64,000 bases of DNA from NCBI RefSeq assembly GCF_001194135.2, contig NC_068986.1, positions 66,622,136-66,686,135 of the forward strand. The letters run 5' to 3'. Shown here one piece after another: positions 1 through 12,139 of the stretch. The notes beneath the pieces were generated by a model. That model was not told the DNA's origin. It did no database searches and was given only the letters and a program-made list of their open reading frames with translations. The translations under genes and the position numbers were made by a program. This DNA comes from Octopus bimaculoides. Its lineage: Eukaryota. How positions within the stretch are numbered: position 1 is the stretch's first letter; each line of letters starts with the position of its first letter.

Positions 1-714
1 AGTCAAATAGAAGCCTATTGATACACTGTTTAGTTTTCAAGACTCGAAATACAACTTCTTTTAGATGCAGCGTACGAAACACAACATTTTTGTTATTTTT
101 AGATGAATAAAAAGGTTTTAATGAAAGAAAAATGAAAATATTAAAGAAAAGCTTAAAAGATGAAAAAAAAAATGAATAAAAGGAAAATGTTGTAAAACCT
201 TAAAAGATGATACTTTACAAAACAAAATATGAAACGAAATGAAAGAAAAGAAAATGTCAATAATGAAATTGTGTAATGTACTGAATCATATTTTCCACAG
301 ATCGCAATTTTCGCGTCTGTATCGCAACATCAGATAGTTGAAAGTTTATAGGTAACCATGAAATATAAATTTCAGATTGAAATTGTAATTTGGGTAGCAT
401 ATTGGATTCTTTAGATGGCATAAAATTCCACGTCGCTAGTATAGAATGTGAGGTCTTAAGGTAATATTTTTTTTAGGTCTGTTATCTGTTTTCATTTCAC
501 TTTACGTCCAGTAAACAATCTTGACTACGGAACGAAACTGCTACGTTGTTAAAGTTTTAACACATCTTAGTTCGCTGTATTTTCATATAGCAGAAAAGAT
601 CATATAGCTAAGCTGAACTTTAACTCACTGTCCCAGTGAATGAAGTATAGTAGCCGCTTCACTTATCAGTAGTATAGGACTGGCATAACTATATTGTTAA
701 AAGCTCACTCTAAA

Positions 715-835
715 ATCATGTGGTTCTGGGTTCGGTCCCACTGCACAGCACCTTCGACAAGTGTCCTCTAGTATAGCTTCAAGTTGACTAATGGCTTGAA
801 TAAGATTTGAGAGACAAACAGAATGGCAGCGTATC
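715..835 (+). mobile_element. SINE family A, 5' (tRNA-like) module fragment
   Basis: GGTTCGGTCCCACTGC B-box-like segment followed by CAAGTGTCCTCTAGTATAGC; similar to copies at 4835-4988, 8712-8875 and 26840-26962. Confidence 0.6.
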
Positions 836-1184
836 GAATGAATATGTGCGAGCGCGGGCGTATAAATCTGTGTGTTTGAGAGTGCATTACGTTTATGCTG
901 CTTAAAAATCAGTTAGGTTGTTGATGTACGATAGCAGTGATTTTGAGCATTTTGAAGTATTTCATTGTGTTGTGGGTTCAAATGTTGGCAGTAGCGGCTT
1001 TGGCGTTGAATTTCTCGTTGTCGATAAGATAAATCCAGTCAAGTATAGAGATTAATCAATTACACTGAGAAGGGGGAAAAGTAAAGTTGACAGAGTAGGG
1101 TCTGAATTCAGAACTTCAAAGGAACTAACATCATAGGATATAATCTGATATCTGATTTTACCATAACGCTCACACATAACACAC

Positions 1185-1260
1185 ATGTGCACGCGCGCGC
1201 AGACACACACAACACACACACACTCACACACACACTCACACACACACACGCGCGTGTGTG
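1185..1260. repeat. (CA)n/(CG)n microsatellite
   Basis: Directly visible. Confidence 0.95.
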
Positions 1261-1547
1261 CTTGAGTGTAGATGAAAATGACCTGATAGTCACAAGAGAA
1301 ACAGCTGTGATATTATGAACAGATAATGTGTATGTATGATAACTATTGGGAGAGAAGGAGAAAAGTTGACATGAGAATTCTCGTGGGAAATCAATGGTGT
1401 TTTTATAGGTGTGGTAAGGTGAGCTGTGAGAAGATTGAGTGTTTACAGGTCAAATAACAGAGTATGATAGGTGATATGTTGAAGACTAACTATAAACTAT
1501 GTTACCATGAAAAACTGCACATTAAAATAATGACGAGCTGCAATAAT

Positions 1548-1705
1548 TACGTTCTGAGTTCAAATTCTGCCGAAGTCGACTTTGCGTTTTATCTTTCCGG
1601 GGTCTTTAGAATAGGTAAGTACCAGTTGAGCATTGGAGTCGATATAATCGACTTACCCCTACTCCGAAATTGCTGATCTTTTGCGAAAATTTGAAACCAT
1701 TATTA
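1548..1705 (+). mobile_element. SINE family B, 5'-truncated
   Basis: TTACGTTCTGAGTTCAAATTCTGCCGAAGTCGACTTTGC...AAGTACCAGTTGAGCA...TTTGAAACC followed by an (ATT)n tail; matches the 32029-32260 copy. Confidence 0.85.
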
Positions 1706-2254
1706 TTATTTTAATTGTATATAGATCTTCAAGTGGTTGGAAGAAAACGAAGTAAAAAAAAAAGTAAACCCCAGAAAAATACCTATGATTTCACCCATGT
1801 TTACTTTCATTAATTTCTTAAAAAAAAAAAAACTGAAAAAATTTTTTTATTTATTCTTTTTAAAATTCTTTTTTTAAAATTTAAGGTTCCGTAATGTTTT
1901 CAGATTCAAAAACTCGTCTTTCATTCAAATTGTTTTAATTTCCAAAAATTTGATTGCGGTTCCGTGGATAAATAGCGACACACTGGAGTTACCAAGGCAA
2001 CAAACAGTTTCGATTTCCACTTTTAAGAACTTTGGTCTTATTTCATTGGCTAAAATTACGCAATGCTTCTAACTTTATTTATTATTATTTTTTCGAAAAA
2101 AAAAAACAAAAAAAAACAGAAAAAGAATGAATGTGATTTTTATCATCAGCATGCAAAACTACATCAGTGTGGAAAATTTGGAACCCAATCCATTGAAAAC
2201 TAGAAAATCTTCAAGAGGATAGAAGAAAACGAAAAAGAACCCTTAAACTTCTCC

Positions 2255-2880
2255 ACTTGTCTCAAGATGGTTGGATGCTAACCATTGTCCCAGTTGGTTA
2301 CGCTTGGCAATCCAGCTGGAAAGTCTAATGACAGTTACTTCTGACAGGACCCTATGGAGAAGATGCCTGAGGACTCTAATCCAACGACTTTCCTAGGAAT
2401 AGTGAACGGATGGATGGATGGAAACTGCCTAGTCTGCCTCAATTCTAATGAGTCAGTAATTGTATATCAGTCAATACCTTCACACCCAATGCGGGTATTT
2501 TGAAAATACCCCATGGCGTGACGACCGTGCCCAGGACAGTTACGGGAGTCTCTTTGGCAACATAGCACCAGTTCAGCCATCCTGTCAGGGATACGGCGAA
2601 GTCATGGGACTGTAGCATGGCAGATTATGAAGAGAGCGGAGGAGCTCAAATGAGTCAACGGTGCTTCTTACATTGATGCTGAGCGGGGGAATCCTAGAAG
2701 ATCAACGGTCAAGATCACCAAGCTCTATCAAGAGAGTAACTGCAATGTATGCATCGGGGCAGCGTGCATGGTCGTGTAATCAGCTAAGGACAGATGTATT
2801 ATGATTCAAGCTCCTAATTCAAGTTCATAATCATGGAATTGAATGGCGACAGAGTCATGGGAATCTGCGAAATCAGCGAA
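2255..2880 (-). mobile_element. Degenerate CR1-clade LINE, ORF2 C-terminal remnant
   Basis: Frameshifted minus-strand translation gives PPLSIN..DSFELL and ITDSL..RQTR..SIHPFTIP, recalling post-RT and 3' motifs of CR1-like LINEs. Confidence 0.5.
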
Positions 2881-3246
2881 AGAAATGTCAGTCAAAAATA
2901 GCTCTTTGAAATAAAGAAAAAAATTGTATCTGGGAAAATAGCCACACTTGTAGTAATGAAATAGTTAAATGAAATCCCATCGAGGTCGATTTAATCTTTC
3001 AATTTTCTTTGAGCAGATAGCATACTGAAGTGGATTCATCGACGATAACACCTCTCTCCATATCGTAGGTCTGTCATAAAACAAAATAATTTATTTCACT
3101 TTTCACATATACTGCAAATAGCCACAATAAAATTAATCTCATATACCTGTCACCTAGTCTGTGCTTCTTCATCTCTTGTTAATATTAAGCATTCTCTTAC
3201 TGATATAGAAAATTTTGTTGTGCGATATTTTGGAAGTTTCACTCTT

Positions 3247-3248
<2 letters not shown>

Positions 3249-3304
<56 letters not shown>

Positions 3305-3397
3305 NNNNNNNNNNNNNNNNNNNNNNNNNNNNNNNNNNNNNNNNNNNNNNNNNNNNNNNNNNNNNNNNNNNNNNNNNNNNNNNNNNNNNNNNNNNNN

Positions 3398-3443
<46 letters not shown>
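3249..3443. repeat. (GA)n microsatellite spanning an assembly gap
   Basis: Directly visible. Confidence 0.95.
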
Positions 3444-3447
<4 letters not shown>

Positions 3448-4194
3448 TCCGTCATTGCGTAATGTAATCAGCATTCTTTTAATTCTCAAATATTTAAATT
3501 AGATGAATTGAAAGATGTTCATCGCATTACTCTTAAAATAATTCTGTGATAGCGCAATAATGGTCATATTTTCTGGGCAAAAACCGACCTTTTCGATTAT
3601 ACGTATTAAATTTCTTCAGTGTTTCAGAAAACACCGATGCTGGAGATGTCATAGACTGTCTGGTCTAACAAATCCTAGACAACATTAAGACATTTCTCCC
3701 GACTGTATGGATAGATTAACAACGGAATTAAGACTACAATCATTCATCCAATATACTCAAGATGTTCTGTATTCCCAAAGGACATCACAATGTCAAAATA
3801 AATCTCGTGATATCTGGGGAAGTCTTCATTCTTAGCGTATCTGTGCATAGCTATGTAAATACTGACAAGTGCACACAAATCGTCGATGCATCACAGTAAC
3901 TTTCCCTCTCACTGTATGTGTGTGTACTTGTGTGTGTTTGTATCTGTTTGTGTGTGTGTGCCTGTGTGAGTGTCTGACACCAATATGCTTGATGGTGTCA
4001 ATCACGCGCTACCAAATGGGATCCGAATAATTATATTATTAAACCAACTGATCACAATTTAAGTTATAACATATAAATACCAAGAAACAAAGAAAATGAG
4101 AAAATAAAAGGAAAGGAAGAAGAAAAAAATGTGGGTTAAGCAGCAGAAGATGAAGAGGGAGGAGGTAATGATCCATGCAACCCAGAACAAAATG

Positions 4195-4420
4195 GTGTGC
4201 TCAGCCGTGCCCCGCGATAATGATCACGATGGCGTTGCCACGGAGACTGGACAACGATACTCCTTGCAGCATCCACTCCACCTCGCGGAGCTCATTTCTC
4301 ATACGGGCCGCCAATATGCTGATTTTGCGGAGGGAATGGGTAGTACGAGGTTCAAGAACATTTGCGGTATCGATGGCCACCGGCACAAGCTGATAGCGGC
4401 CTCTAAGAGCCCCTGTATTA
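4195..4420 (-). mobile_element. CRE-like non-LTR retrotransposon, restriction-like endonuclease C-terminus
   Basis: GC-rich island translating to RYQLVPVAIDTANVLEPRTTHSLRKISILAARMRNELREVEWMLQGVSLSSLRGNA, matching the CRE-type pattern FVPVAVETLG..E..WL.QR.S....RGNA. Confidence 0.7.
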
Positions 4421-4474
4421 TTCTTTTACTAACATAGTTTCTAGTTGGTGACAAACATTACTCTAATACCTCAT

Positions 4475-4765
4475 ATTTTTATTCTTTTACTTGCTTCAGT
4501 CATTTGACTGTGGCCATGCTGGAGCCCCACCTTGAAGGGTTTTAGTCGAACAAATCGACCCCAGGACTTATTTTTTAAAAGCTTAGTACTTATTCTATCG
4601 GTATCTTTTGCCGAATCGCTAGTTTAAATGGTCTGTAAACACACCAACACCGGTTGTCAAGCGGTGATGGGGGAAAAACACAGACACACACACACACACA
4701 CACACATATCTGTCTGTCTGTCTGTCTGTCTGTCTGCCTGTCTGTCTGTCTGTCTGTCTGTCTGC

Positions 4766-4803
<38 letters not shown>

Positions 4804-4988
4804 ATATATATATTATATATATATATTATATATATATACGACGGGCTTCTTTCAGTTTCCGTCTACCAAATCCATCACAAGGCGAGGTTATAGTAGAAGA
4901 CAAGTGTCCATGGTGCCACGCAGTGGGACTGAACACTGAACCACGTGGTTGGGAAACAAGCTTCTTACCACACAGCCACGCCTGCGCT
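4475..4988 (-). mobile_element. Composite SINE family A (tRNA-like head + internal microsatellite + 3' tail)
   Basis: Head 4835-4988 reads GCGCAGGCGTGGCTGTGTGGT...GTTCAGTCCCA on minus; compound CA/GTCT/CT/TA tract 4682-4840; tail module 4475-4690 with CCAGCATGGCCACAGTC..GACTGAAGCAAGTAAAAGAATAAAA. Confidence 0.85.
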
Positions 4989-5043
4989 TATGTGAGTGAA
5001 ACAAATATACATGTGTGTTTGTTCCTAAGGTTTTTATCAGCAG

Positions 5044-5200
5044 ATCATCATCATCATCATCATCTTCATCATTTATCGCCCGTCTTCCATGCTAGCATGG
5101 GTTAGACAGTTTGACAAGAGCCAGGCAGGTAGAAGACTACACCAGGCTACTGTGTCTGTTGTGCAGATATATTGGTAAAAAAAAACATGGTTGAAACAAT
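5044..5200. mobile_element. Interspersed SINE-like repeat (CAT-tailed family)
   Basis: (CAT)n followed by CGTCTTCCATGCTAGCATGGGTTAGACAG; related sequence at 62725-62900. Confidence 0.5.
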
Positions 5201-6469
5201 TTTGAAGATTAGGACTAGATGCTGACAGTTTGTCACTGCTACTGTATATACCCATATATGCCCATGGATAGTGCGCTAAAGACTTAAACGGCCATGTCGA
5301 ACGCCTGGTTATATGACGAAATTGATATTGAGTGATTCTGTACTTCCGTTAGCTTTCGGTGTCGAGTTCATCTCTTTCTTTGAGAAACGGTTAGAGCAGG
5401 ATGGTCTCCACGAAACTGAAATCCACAAAATCCACTATATACCGTGAAGATGAAATGTTAGTGATGCCATTGTATCAAGATGTGATTGTGGAACTCCTTA
5501 AGTATTGCAATATATTTTATTGACTTCGAAAGCAGTCAATACTAAGTTGACATTAAGCAGCATTTGGATTCAAAACCACAAAACATTGGACTGTAATCTC
5601 CGTCATGCGGTAAATTTTCCAGTTGAGGGCCTACGAGTTTTGTAGTATAGATTTCTTGAGTGTTGCATGAATCTACATTAGAAAACGATGTCTTGCATTT
5701 AGCAAAAGAAATCACATTAAAAAAGTTTCTGTCAGCTAAATCGGTTTTACATGGCGGTTGAGGTTTTGAAATATAAGTGAATAAAAGATTTGTGACCAGA
5801 AATAGTACATTTTAATTTGCTATTTCTGGTCACAAATCGTTTCAGTTTGGTTGCAATATCCATTTAAACCAAAAGTCTTTTGTCAATAATACATCAATAA
5901 TACTTATTCTTCCTTCCTGATAAGATTTGTAGTTTTGTCTATAACACATAAAAATTATTTATATTATATCTATATATATATGATGATTTATTTTATAATA
6001 CAATACTTTGAGACCTTAGTTGTATATCTGCATGTTTATTTTTAACAACTAGTTAGAATAACTCACTGATAAGAACATTTTTATAGCATATGCAATAATC
6101 TTATGAATTTTTCACGCTTAACTCAAGTTAGCCAACATTTTGTCAACCGAATCTGTTACTAATTAGGATGGAGAATTATATAAATAGAAAAACCAAAAAC
6201 AAAGTAGTAAAACAATAAACCATGTTTTACGTTCTTCGTGTCATACATCCGTTTCACACTAACATGTTAGCTTGCGACTAGATGTGCATCTAAGATAAAA
6301 AAGTGAAAGTATAATACTTGCTACTAATTTATTCTCGGTTCTGAGGGTTGACTATATTTTTAATATTTACTATATAAATGTATATACTTACACATAGAAG
6401 ATAGAACAGCGTGATGTCACATCATCAAGATCAGAAAAAAAAAACAATTTGATGAACAATACACTATAG

Positions 6470-6526
6470 TATGTATGTGTGTATGTATATGTGCATATAC
6501 ATACATGCACACACACACACACACAC

Positions 6527-6572
<46 letters not shown>

Positions 6573-6602
6573 NNNNNNNNNNNNNNATATATATATATAT
6601 AT
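6470..6602. repeat. TA/CA microsatellite with gap
   Basis: Directly visible. Confidence 0.95.
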
Positions 6603-6904
6603 AATTAATAATATCAGGGTAATAAAAATTTTAGAAATTTTTACTACCAGTGTCCTAGTGTGTAGAAAAATTAGTCAATAGACTATATATTATTTATATA
6701 AATACAGTGTACATTTAAACACATAAGAGGTATCCGTCATAGGATTCCCGGCATGCTAGAAGGAACAGCCAAAATCCAAACGACTATTAGGGATAAACCT
6801 TGAAAAGAATGAAAAATAAAAACATTTACCATCTATCTCCTGGACCATAGCTTCTGACTTTCATTAGCAAATAAAATAATTTGCTAGGCGAAGTCTTCAT
6901 CAAC

Positions 6905-7274
6905 AGAAGAATGTAATGATCGAGAAGGTGAATGACAATGACCTTTTGTGTGTACAGTCTGTGACAGACCATGCCTGTCTTTTGTTAGCTTCAACTCTCA
7001 TGTGCCAACGCATGGAAAACAAACCTCCACCAACTATTCTGCCTATATGTCTGTGCATACCTTTGAATGCAGTGTATGCCAGAAGATTTGCAAATCCAAC
7101 GGAGGCCTCAAAAGACATGTTAAGATCCACGAGAGCAGAACTTATCTGCGGGTATTGGTGGTCCAAATCAGAGGTGCAATCTTCGTGGGTATCTTTTCAG
7201 AACATTCTCTGGTTTAAAAAGTCATATCAGACGCCATGGTGGTGCTAAGGTGTAGGTACAGGAGGTGGTCAAAC
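6905..7274 (+). mobile_element. RTE-like LINE 3' end with three C2H2 zinc fingers (copy 1)
   Basis: CTVCDRPCLSFVSFNSHVPTH, CSVCQKICKSNGGLKRHVKIH and (after a frameshift) CNLRGYLFRTFSGLKSHIRRH; homologous along its length to 26340-26730. Confidence 0.75.
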
Positions 7275-7816
7275 NNNNNNNNNNNNNNNNNNNNNNNNNN
7301 NNNNNNNNNNNNNNNNNNNNNNNNNNNNNNNNNNNNNNNNNNNNNNNNNNNNNNNNNNNNNNNNNNNNNNNNNNNNNNNNNNNNNNNNNNNNNNNNNNNN
7401 NNNNNNNNNNNNNNNNNNNNNNNNNNNNNNNNNNNNNNNNNNNNNNNNNNNNNNNNNNNNNNNNNNNNNNNNNNNNNNNNNNNNNNNNNNNNNNNNNNNN
7501 NNNNNNNNNNNNNNNNNNNNNNNNNNNNNNNNNNNNNNNNNNNNNNNNNNNNNNNNNNNNNNNNNNNNNNNNNNNNNNNNNNNNNNNNNNNNNNNNNNNN
7601 NNNNNNNNNNNNNNNNNNNNNNNNNNNNNNNNNNNNNNNNNNNNNNNNNNNNNNNNNNNNNNNNNNNNNNNNNNNNNNNNNNNNNNNNNNNNNNNNNNNN
7701 NNNNNNNNNNNNNNNNNNNNNNNNNNNNNNNNNNNNNNNNNNNNNNNNNNNNNNNNNNNNNNNNNNNNNNNNNNNNNNNNNNNNNNNNNNNNNNNNNNNN
7801 NNNNNNNNNNNNNNNN

Positions 7817-7878
<62 letters not shown>

Positions 7879-7935
7879 ACACACACACACACACACATAC
7901 ACACACACATATATATATACACATACACATATATA
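7817..7935. repeat. (CA)n/(TA)n microsatellite after gap
   Basis: Directly visible. Confidence 0.95.
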
Positions 7936-7936
7936 G

Positions 7937-8486
7937 TCAGCAGTATCAGCACCAAGCAGTGTTTAGGCATAAGTGAAATTTAGGTTAGTTAAAATATTTT
8001 TAATTTACTTCAACTTCTAAAGGCAAATTCATTGCAGTCACCGCGGAGATAAAATTCTCTCTCATGGTAAAAGGTGTAAAAGCAACTGCTTTTTCAGTCT
8101 TGTTTTCTATGCGGTTCCCAGACGCAGTGTTTCTGTCTCTTTAGTCTTTCTCAATGAGAAATATCGAAGCGAGGTAACTCGGAACAGATTTAAAGCCGCA
8201 GTTTTAACTAAAACACAGCTAACAACATTGACTGAATTGTGCTATCGGACCACCCGGTTGGTATAAGTTCAGCAATATTAACGCCAAGCAGTCATTAAGC
8301 ATAAGCGAATTTTAGGTTTGTCAAAATATATTTGTGACATATTTCACCTTTTAAAGCCAAGTTCGCTGCGGTTACCGCGGAGAAAAAAATGATCTCTTAT
8401 GTTATAAAATGTAGTGAATTCGCCTTTAGAAGTTGAATATACCAGAAACTAACCTAACTTTAGGCATAACGTAAAGTTCGCTTATG
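7937..8486. repeat. Diverged ~145 bp direct duplication plus an inverted partial copy
   Basis: 7937-8080 resembles 8268-8410; the reverse complement of 8413-8486 matches the same unit (CATAAGCGAA, CAACTTCTAAAGGC.AATTCA). Confidence 0.7.
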
Positions 8487-8711
8487 TCCAATCACAACTT
8501 GATGATTTTCCAGTCACAAGATTATTACATGAAATGTACTTACCATAATCGGGAATCTTTAAAATAAAATATTTTCATTCATTTTCATATTTCTCAATGG
8601 CAAAATTATACACGTTACCGCATGTGGACTCAAGGAAAATGCCGAGTATGTTTCACGATATAAAAATAGCAACAAAAGGCGATTGGATATTTTGAATGAA
8701 ATTCTCATATA

Positions 8712-9170
8712 TAGGCGCAGGTATAGTTGTGGGGAAAGAAGTTTGCTTCCCAAACATATGGGTTTGGGTCCCCATTTTACGACACCAAGAGCAAGTGTCT
8801 TCTACTATAGCCCCGGGCAGTCCAAGGCTTCGTAAGTCTATTTGGTAGACGAAAACTGAGAAAGTCCATCGTACGAGGTTGAGTTAGAGAGTAATACAAT
8901 TTTTATTTGCATTACATTCTGACTGACCTTTGTCTATATATCTACATGTGTGCACGTTTGTGTGTGTACCCCATCACCGCGTAACAACCGGTGTTGGTTT
9001 CTTATGCTCCCGTAACAGCCAGTATTGGTTTACTTATGCTTCCGTAACTTAATGGTTCGATAAAAAATACCGATGGAATAAGTACGGGGTTCGATTTCGA
9101 CTAAACCCTACAAGGCGGTGACCCAGCATGGCCGCAGTCCAGTGACTAAAATAAGTAAAAGATAAAAGAT
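8712..9170 (+). mobile_element. Composite SINE family A
   Basis: TAGGCGCAGG head, CAAGTGTCTTCTACTATAGCC, short TG tract, tail CCCAGCATGGCCGCAGTCCAGTGACTAAAATAAGTAAAAGATAAAAGAT; internal ~32 bp duplication near 8985-9050. Confidence 0.8.
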
Positions 9171-9269
9171 GTAAATGAATCAAGACAGAAAGAAATTAAT
9201 GAAACAACACGTTGCACTAACCAGTAAACAGAGTTTATAGTTTCGCATAAAGTTACTGTTCATTATAAG

Positions 9270-9670
9270 ACATGGAGGACGAAGTATAACACTACAAATT
9301 AAAAATGGAATAAATTCAGCAAATTGCTTGCAATTGTGATTTCCTGCAAATCTCGTTGCAATGCATCTCGACAAAAAAAGAATGAAATTTTCTGTAAAAT
9401 TATCTAAACCAAGAAGCAAACAATATGAAGCGTCAATAATTTTATGCAAATATGTGCTTGCAATTACAAATTAGATGATTATTCACTGACAATGTTTCTT
9501 GATTTGTCGAATTTAAAAGAACAGCAGCAGAAACTATTTTTAACGTGTTACGAGGAATGTTAAATAATGCAGGTTTGACGCAGAATATTTTAAGAAGAAT
9601 TTGATTGCATTTTGTTGTAAAGGATCAAGTAACATGCTTAGATGAAAATCTGGTATTTATCAATTTCTAT
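9270..9670 (+). mobile_element. hAT transposase remnant (ZNF862/ZMYM-like)
   Basis: Frameshifted translation LQIKNG, MFLDLSNL..TAAETIFNVLRGMLNNAGL, NLIAFCCKGSSNMLR*KSGI, resembling the hAT motif LIGFCSDGASVMLG.KSGV. Confidence 0.6.
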
Positions 9671-9849
9671 TTGTTGCAATTTAGCTGTTATTATTTGTTA
9701 TAATTTAGCATTGATTGAGTTACCGATTACAACTCGTTAAAGATGGTGCTAGAAATGAAATAAGTATTTTCAAGATTTGTTTTATTAAAATTAATGCAGT
9801 CTTCTAGTAGTCTAATAAAAGTTAGCTACAATTTAAAACGTTGCTGAAA

Positions 9850-10210
9850 AGTTGTTTTACTTGTCTCAGTCATTGGACTGTAGCCACGTTGGGCCGCCCC
9901 CTTCAAAGGTTTAGTCGAACAAATCGACCTCAGTATCTATTATTAACTGTAGTACTTGTTCTATCAGGGACGTAAAAAACCGACATCAGTCTTGGTGGGG
10001 ACAAACGCAAACAACCCAAAGGTACACACACACACACACACTTACATACAGATATACATACACAGTTTCTGCCAACCAAATTCATTCACAAGGCATTGGC
10101 TAAATTGCGGCTGTAGTAGAAGACACTTGGCCATAATGCCATGTAGTGTCACTGAACCTGAAACCTCATGGTTGCAAAGCGTGCATCTTGGCCACACAGT
10201 CCTGTCTACG
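9850..10210 (-). mobile_element. Composite SINE family A
   Basis: Tail module 9850-10010, CA tract ~10022-10060, head module 10065-10210. Confidence 0.75.
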
Positions 10211-11419
10211 CTTATGATCAAAGCATTAAAAATAAATCTTAAATCAATTGAAGCAACTCTTTAAACGTTTTCCCTCGTCAACCATAAGTTTTCTAGTATG
10301 GATATAGAAGAATAAAATAAAATATTACTGACTTCGGTCTAATTTCTCGGAACATTGAAAGTGCGAAACTTTCTTGGAAACTTGGAGAAGAATGAAATAA
10401 AATCTTAAAATTTGGAATTGTTTTAATTGATTTTAATGACTAGGTAGATAATACCATCCCTGTTGCAGGAAAAACAAGAAAATTGCAGCAAAGCTGCGTG
10501 ATTGGGATGTTAAACGTGGCATGACATCGCAATTTTATTCTTCTCTTCCGTTTTATTTTGATATGTGCATTGCATTTTTATTCTCTTCCGTTTTACCAAT
10601 TCAGTGTGCACACGCACATTGCGGGTTCATACTTCTCTTTCCGATTTCTACACAAAACTGTTTACAACTGACAACCATCTCACGAACCTGTGGTCAAGAG
10701 GAGTGCTCCGCGCTCCGATGGTTGTGAAATAAGGCAAGCAAAACAAATAATAATCACAACTCCTAAAGGTTTTACAAAAGCAGAGTGAGGTTTACTTTTG
10801 ATGAATATTAATATATAGCAATGAAAAAAAAAAAAAAGCTTTGCCACGAAACATATAATGCCTAATGACTACCGATAAGTGAACATATGCTAAAAAATTA
10901 ATTTGACATATGTTAATGATCTTCATTAGATACCTTATTACGAATAACTGGAAAAATTCAGGAAGCTATTTGCAAATTGTTACCGTAATAAGTAATAATG
11001 GTTTCCATTTTTGGAACATGCCCGGCAGTTTTTGAGAGTGGGGAGGAAGTCGAATACATTGACTACAGAGAAAATGGCCTTTTTGCAGGTCAAATATGCA
11101 GCAGACATATTTGAACTGATCTAACAGTTTGTTTATTACCAAAAACACTACTGAAACCACAAATGCTATGACTATTACTGCTAGAGGCATTACAAAGGCC
11201 GGAATGTATTTGATTACCAGTTTGCTCGTTGTTGGTAGTTGCTGGGATTCATAGCATCAGATACACACTCAGGGAAAGGAAGAGAAAAAAGAGTGAAGCT
11301 GAATGATTACGAAACTATGAAAACTTATAATAGAGTTAAAACAACCACAACGATAAGCGCAATAAACAGGTAAAAAAGGAAAGAAACATATAGGAAGGCA
11401 GTAACAAAGAAAATGGATG

Positions 11420-11545
11420 ACACACAAACACACATACACACACACACACACACATAATTACATACACTGCACACACATATATATGTGCATACATGCATAC
11501 ATAAACACATACATTCATACATACGCACTTACTTATATGCATACA
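11420..11545. repeat. CA/CATA microsatellite before gap
   Basis: Directly visible. Confidence 0.9.
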
Positions 11546-12139
11546 NNNNNNNNNNNNNNNNNNNNNNNNNNNNNNNNNNNNNNNNNNNNNNNNNNNNNNN
11601 NNNNNNNNNNNNNNNNNNNNNNNNNNNNNNNNNNNNNNNNNNNNNTTCGGCTCCATGCAACTTAAAGTTTCATGGACCCATTAAACGAACAGAGCCCGTC
11701 AGACTTAGGTAACCGAATGGAACAAGTAAAAGATGGCAACTGGCAATTGGGCTGCTAATACTGATGGCTGGCCATATGATGTTATTGGTAGAGATTGATA
11801 TACTAGACATATCTATGTCTAGGACTACGTGCTTGGACAGGATGTTGACGCCTCTCTGTCTAGGAGATAGAGAGTGAGAATTGTATCTGGTGCCTACGTG
11901 AGTGCTTCTGCTATGTGCGTGCGTGTGTGTAGTAATGAAGAGATGGAGTGTCACTTAGTCTTTCATTTCCCATCGGCTTAAAAAGAAGTAAAGTTATTTG
12001 TATTACAATTCATATTATTGGTGTTTTTGACCTTTTTAAATGTTTTATTACATATTTTTATCTGAAAACTATCAACGTACTCTGGATACTACTGGAGAGA
12101 ACTATAATTTCATCGATGATAATGAAGAAGCTGAAGAAT

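Noticed and set aside
5290-5760. Possible decayed transposase coding remnant
   Set aside because: Partially open frames but no recognisable family motif.
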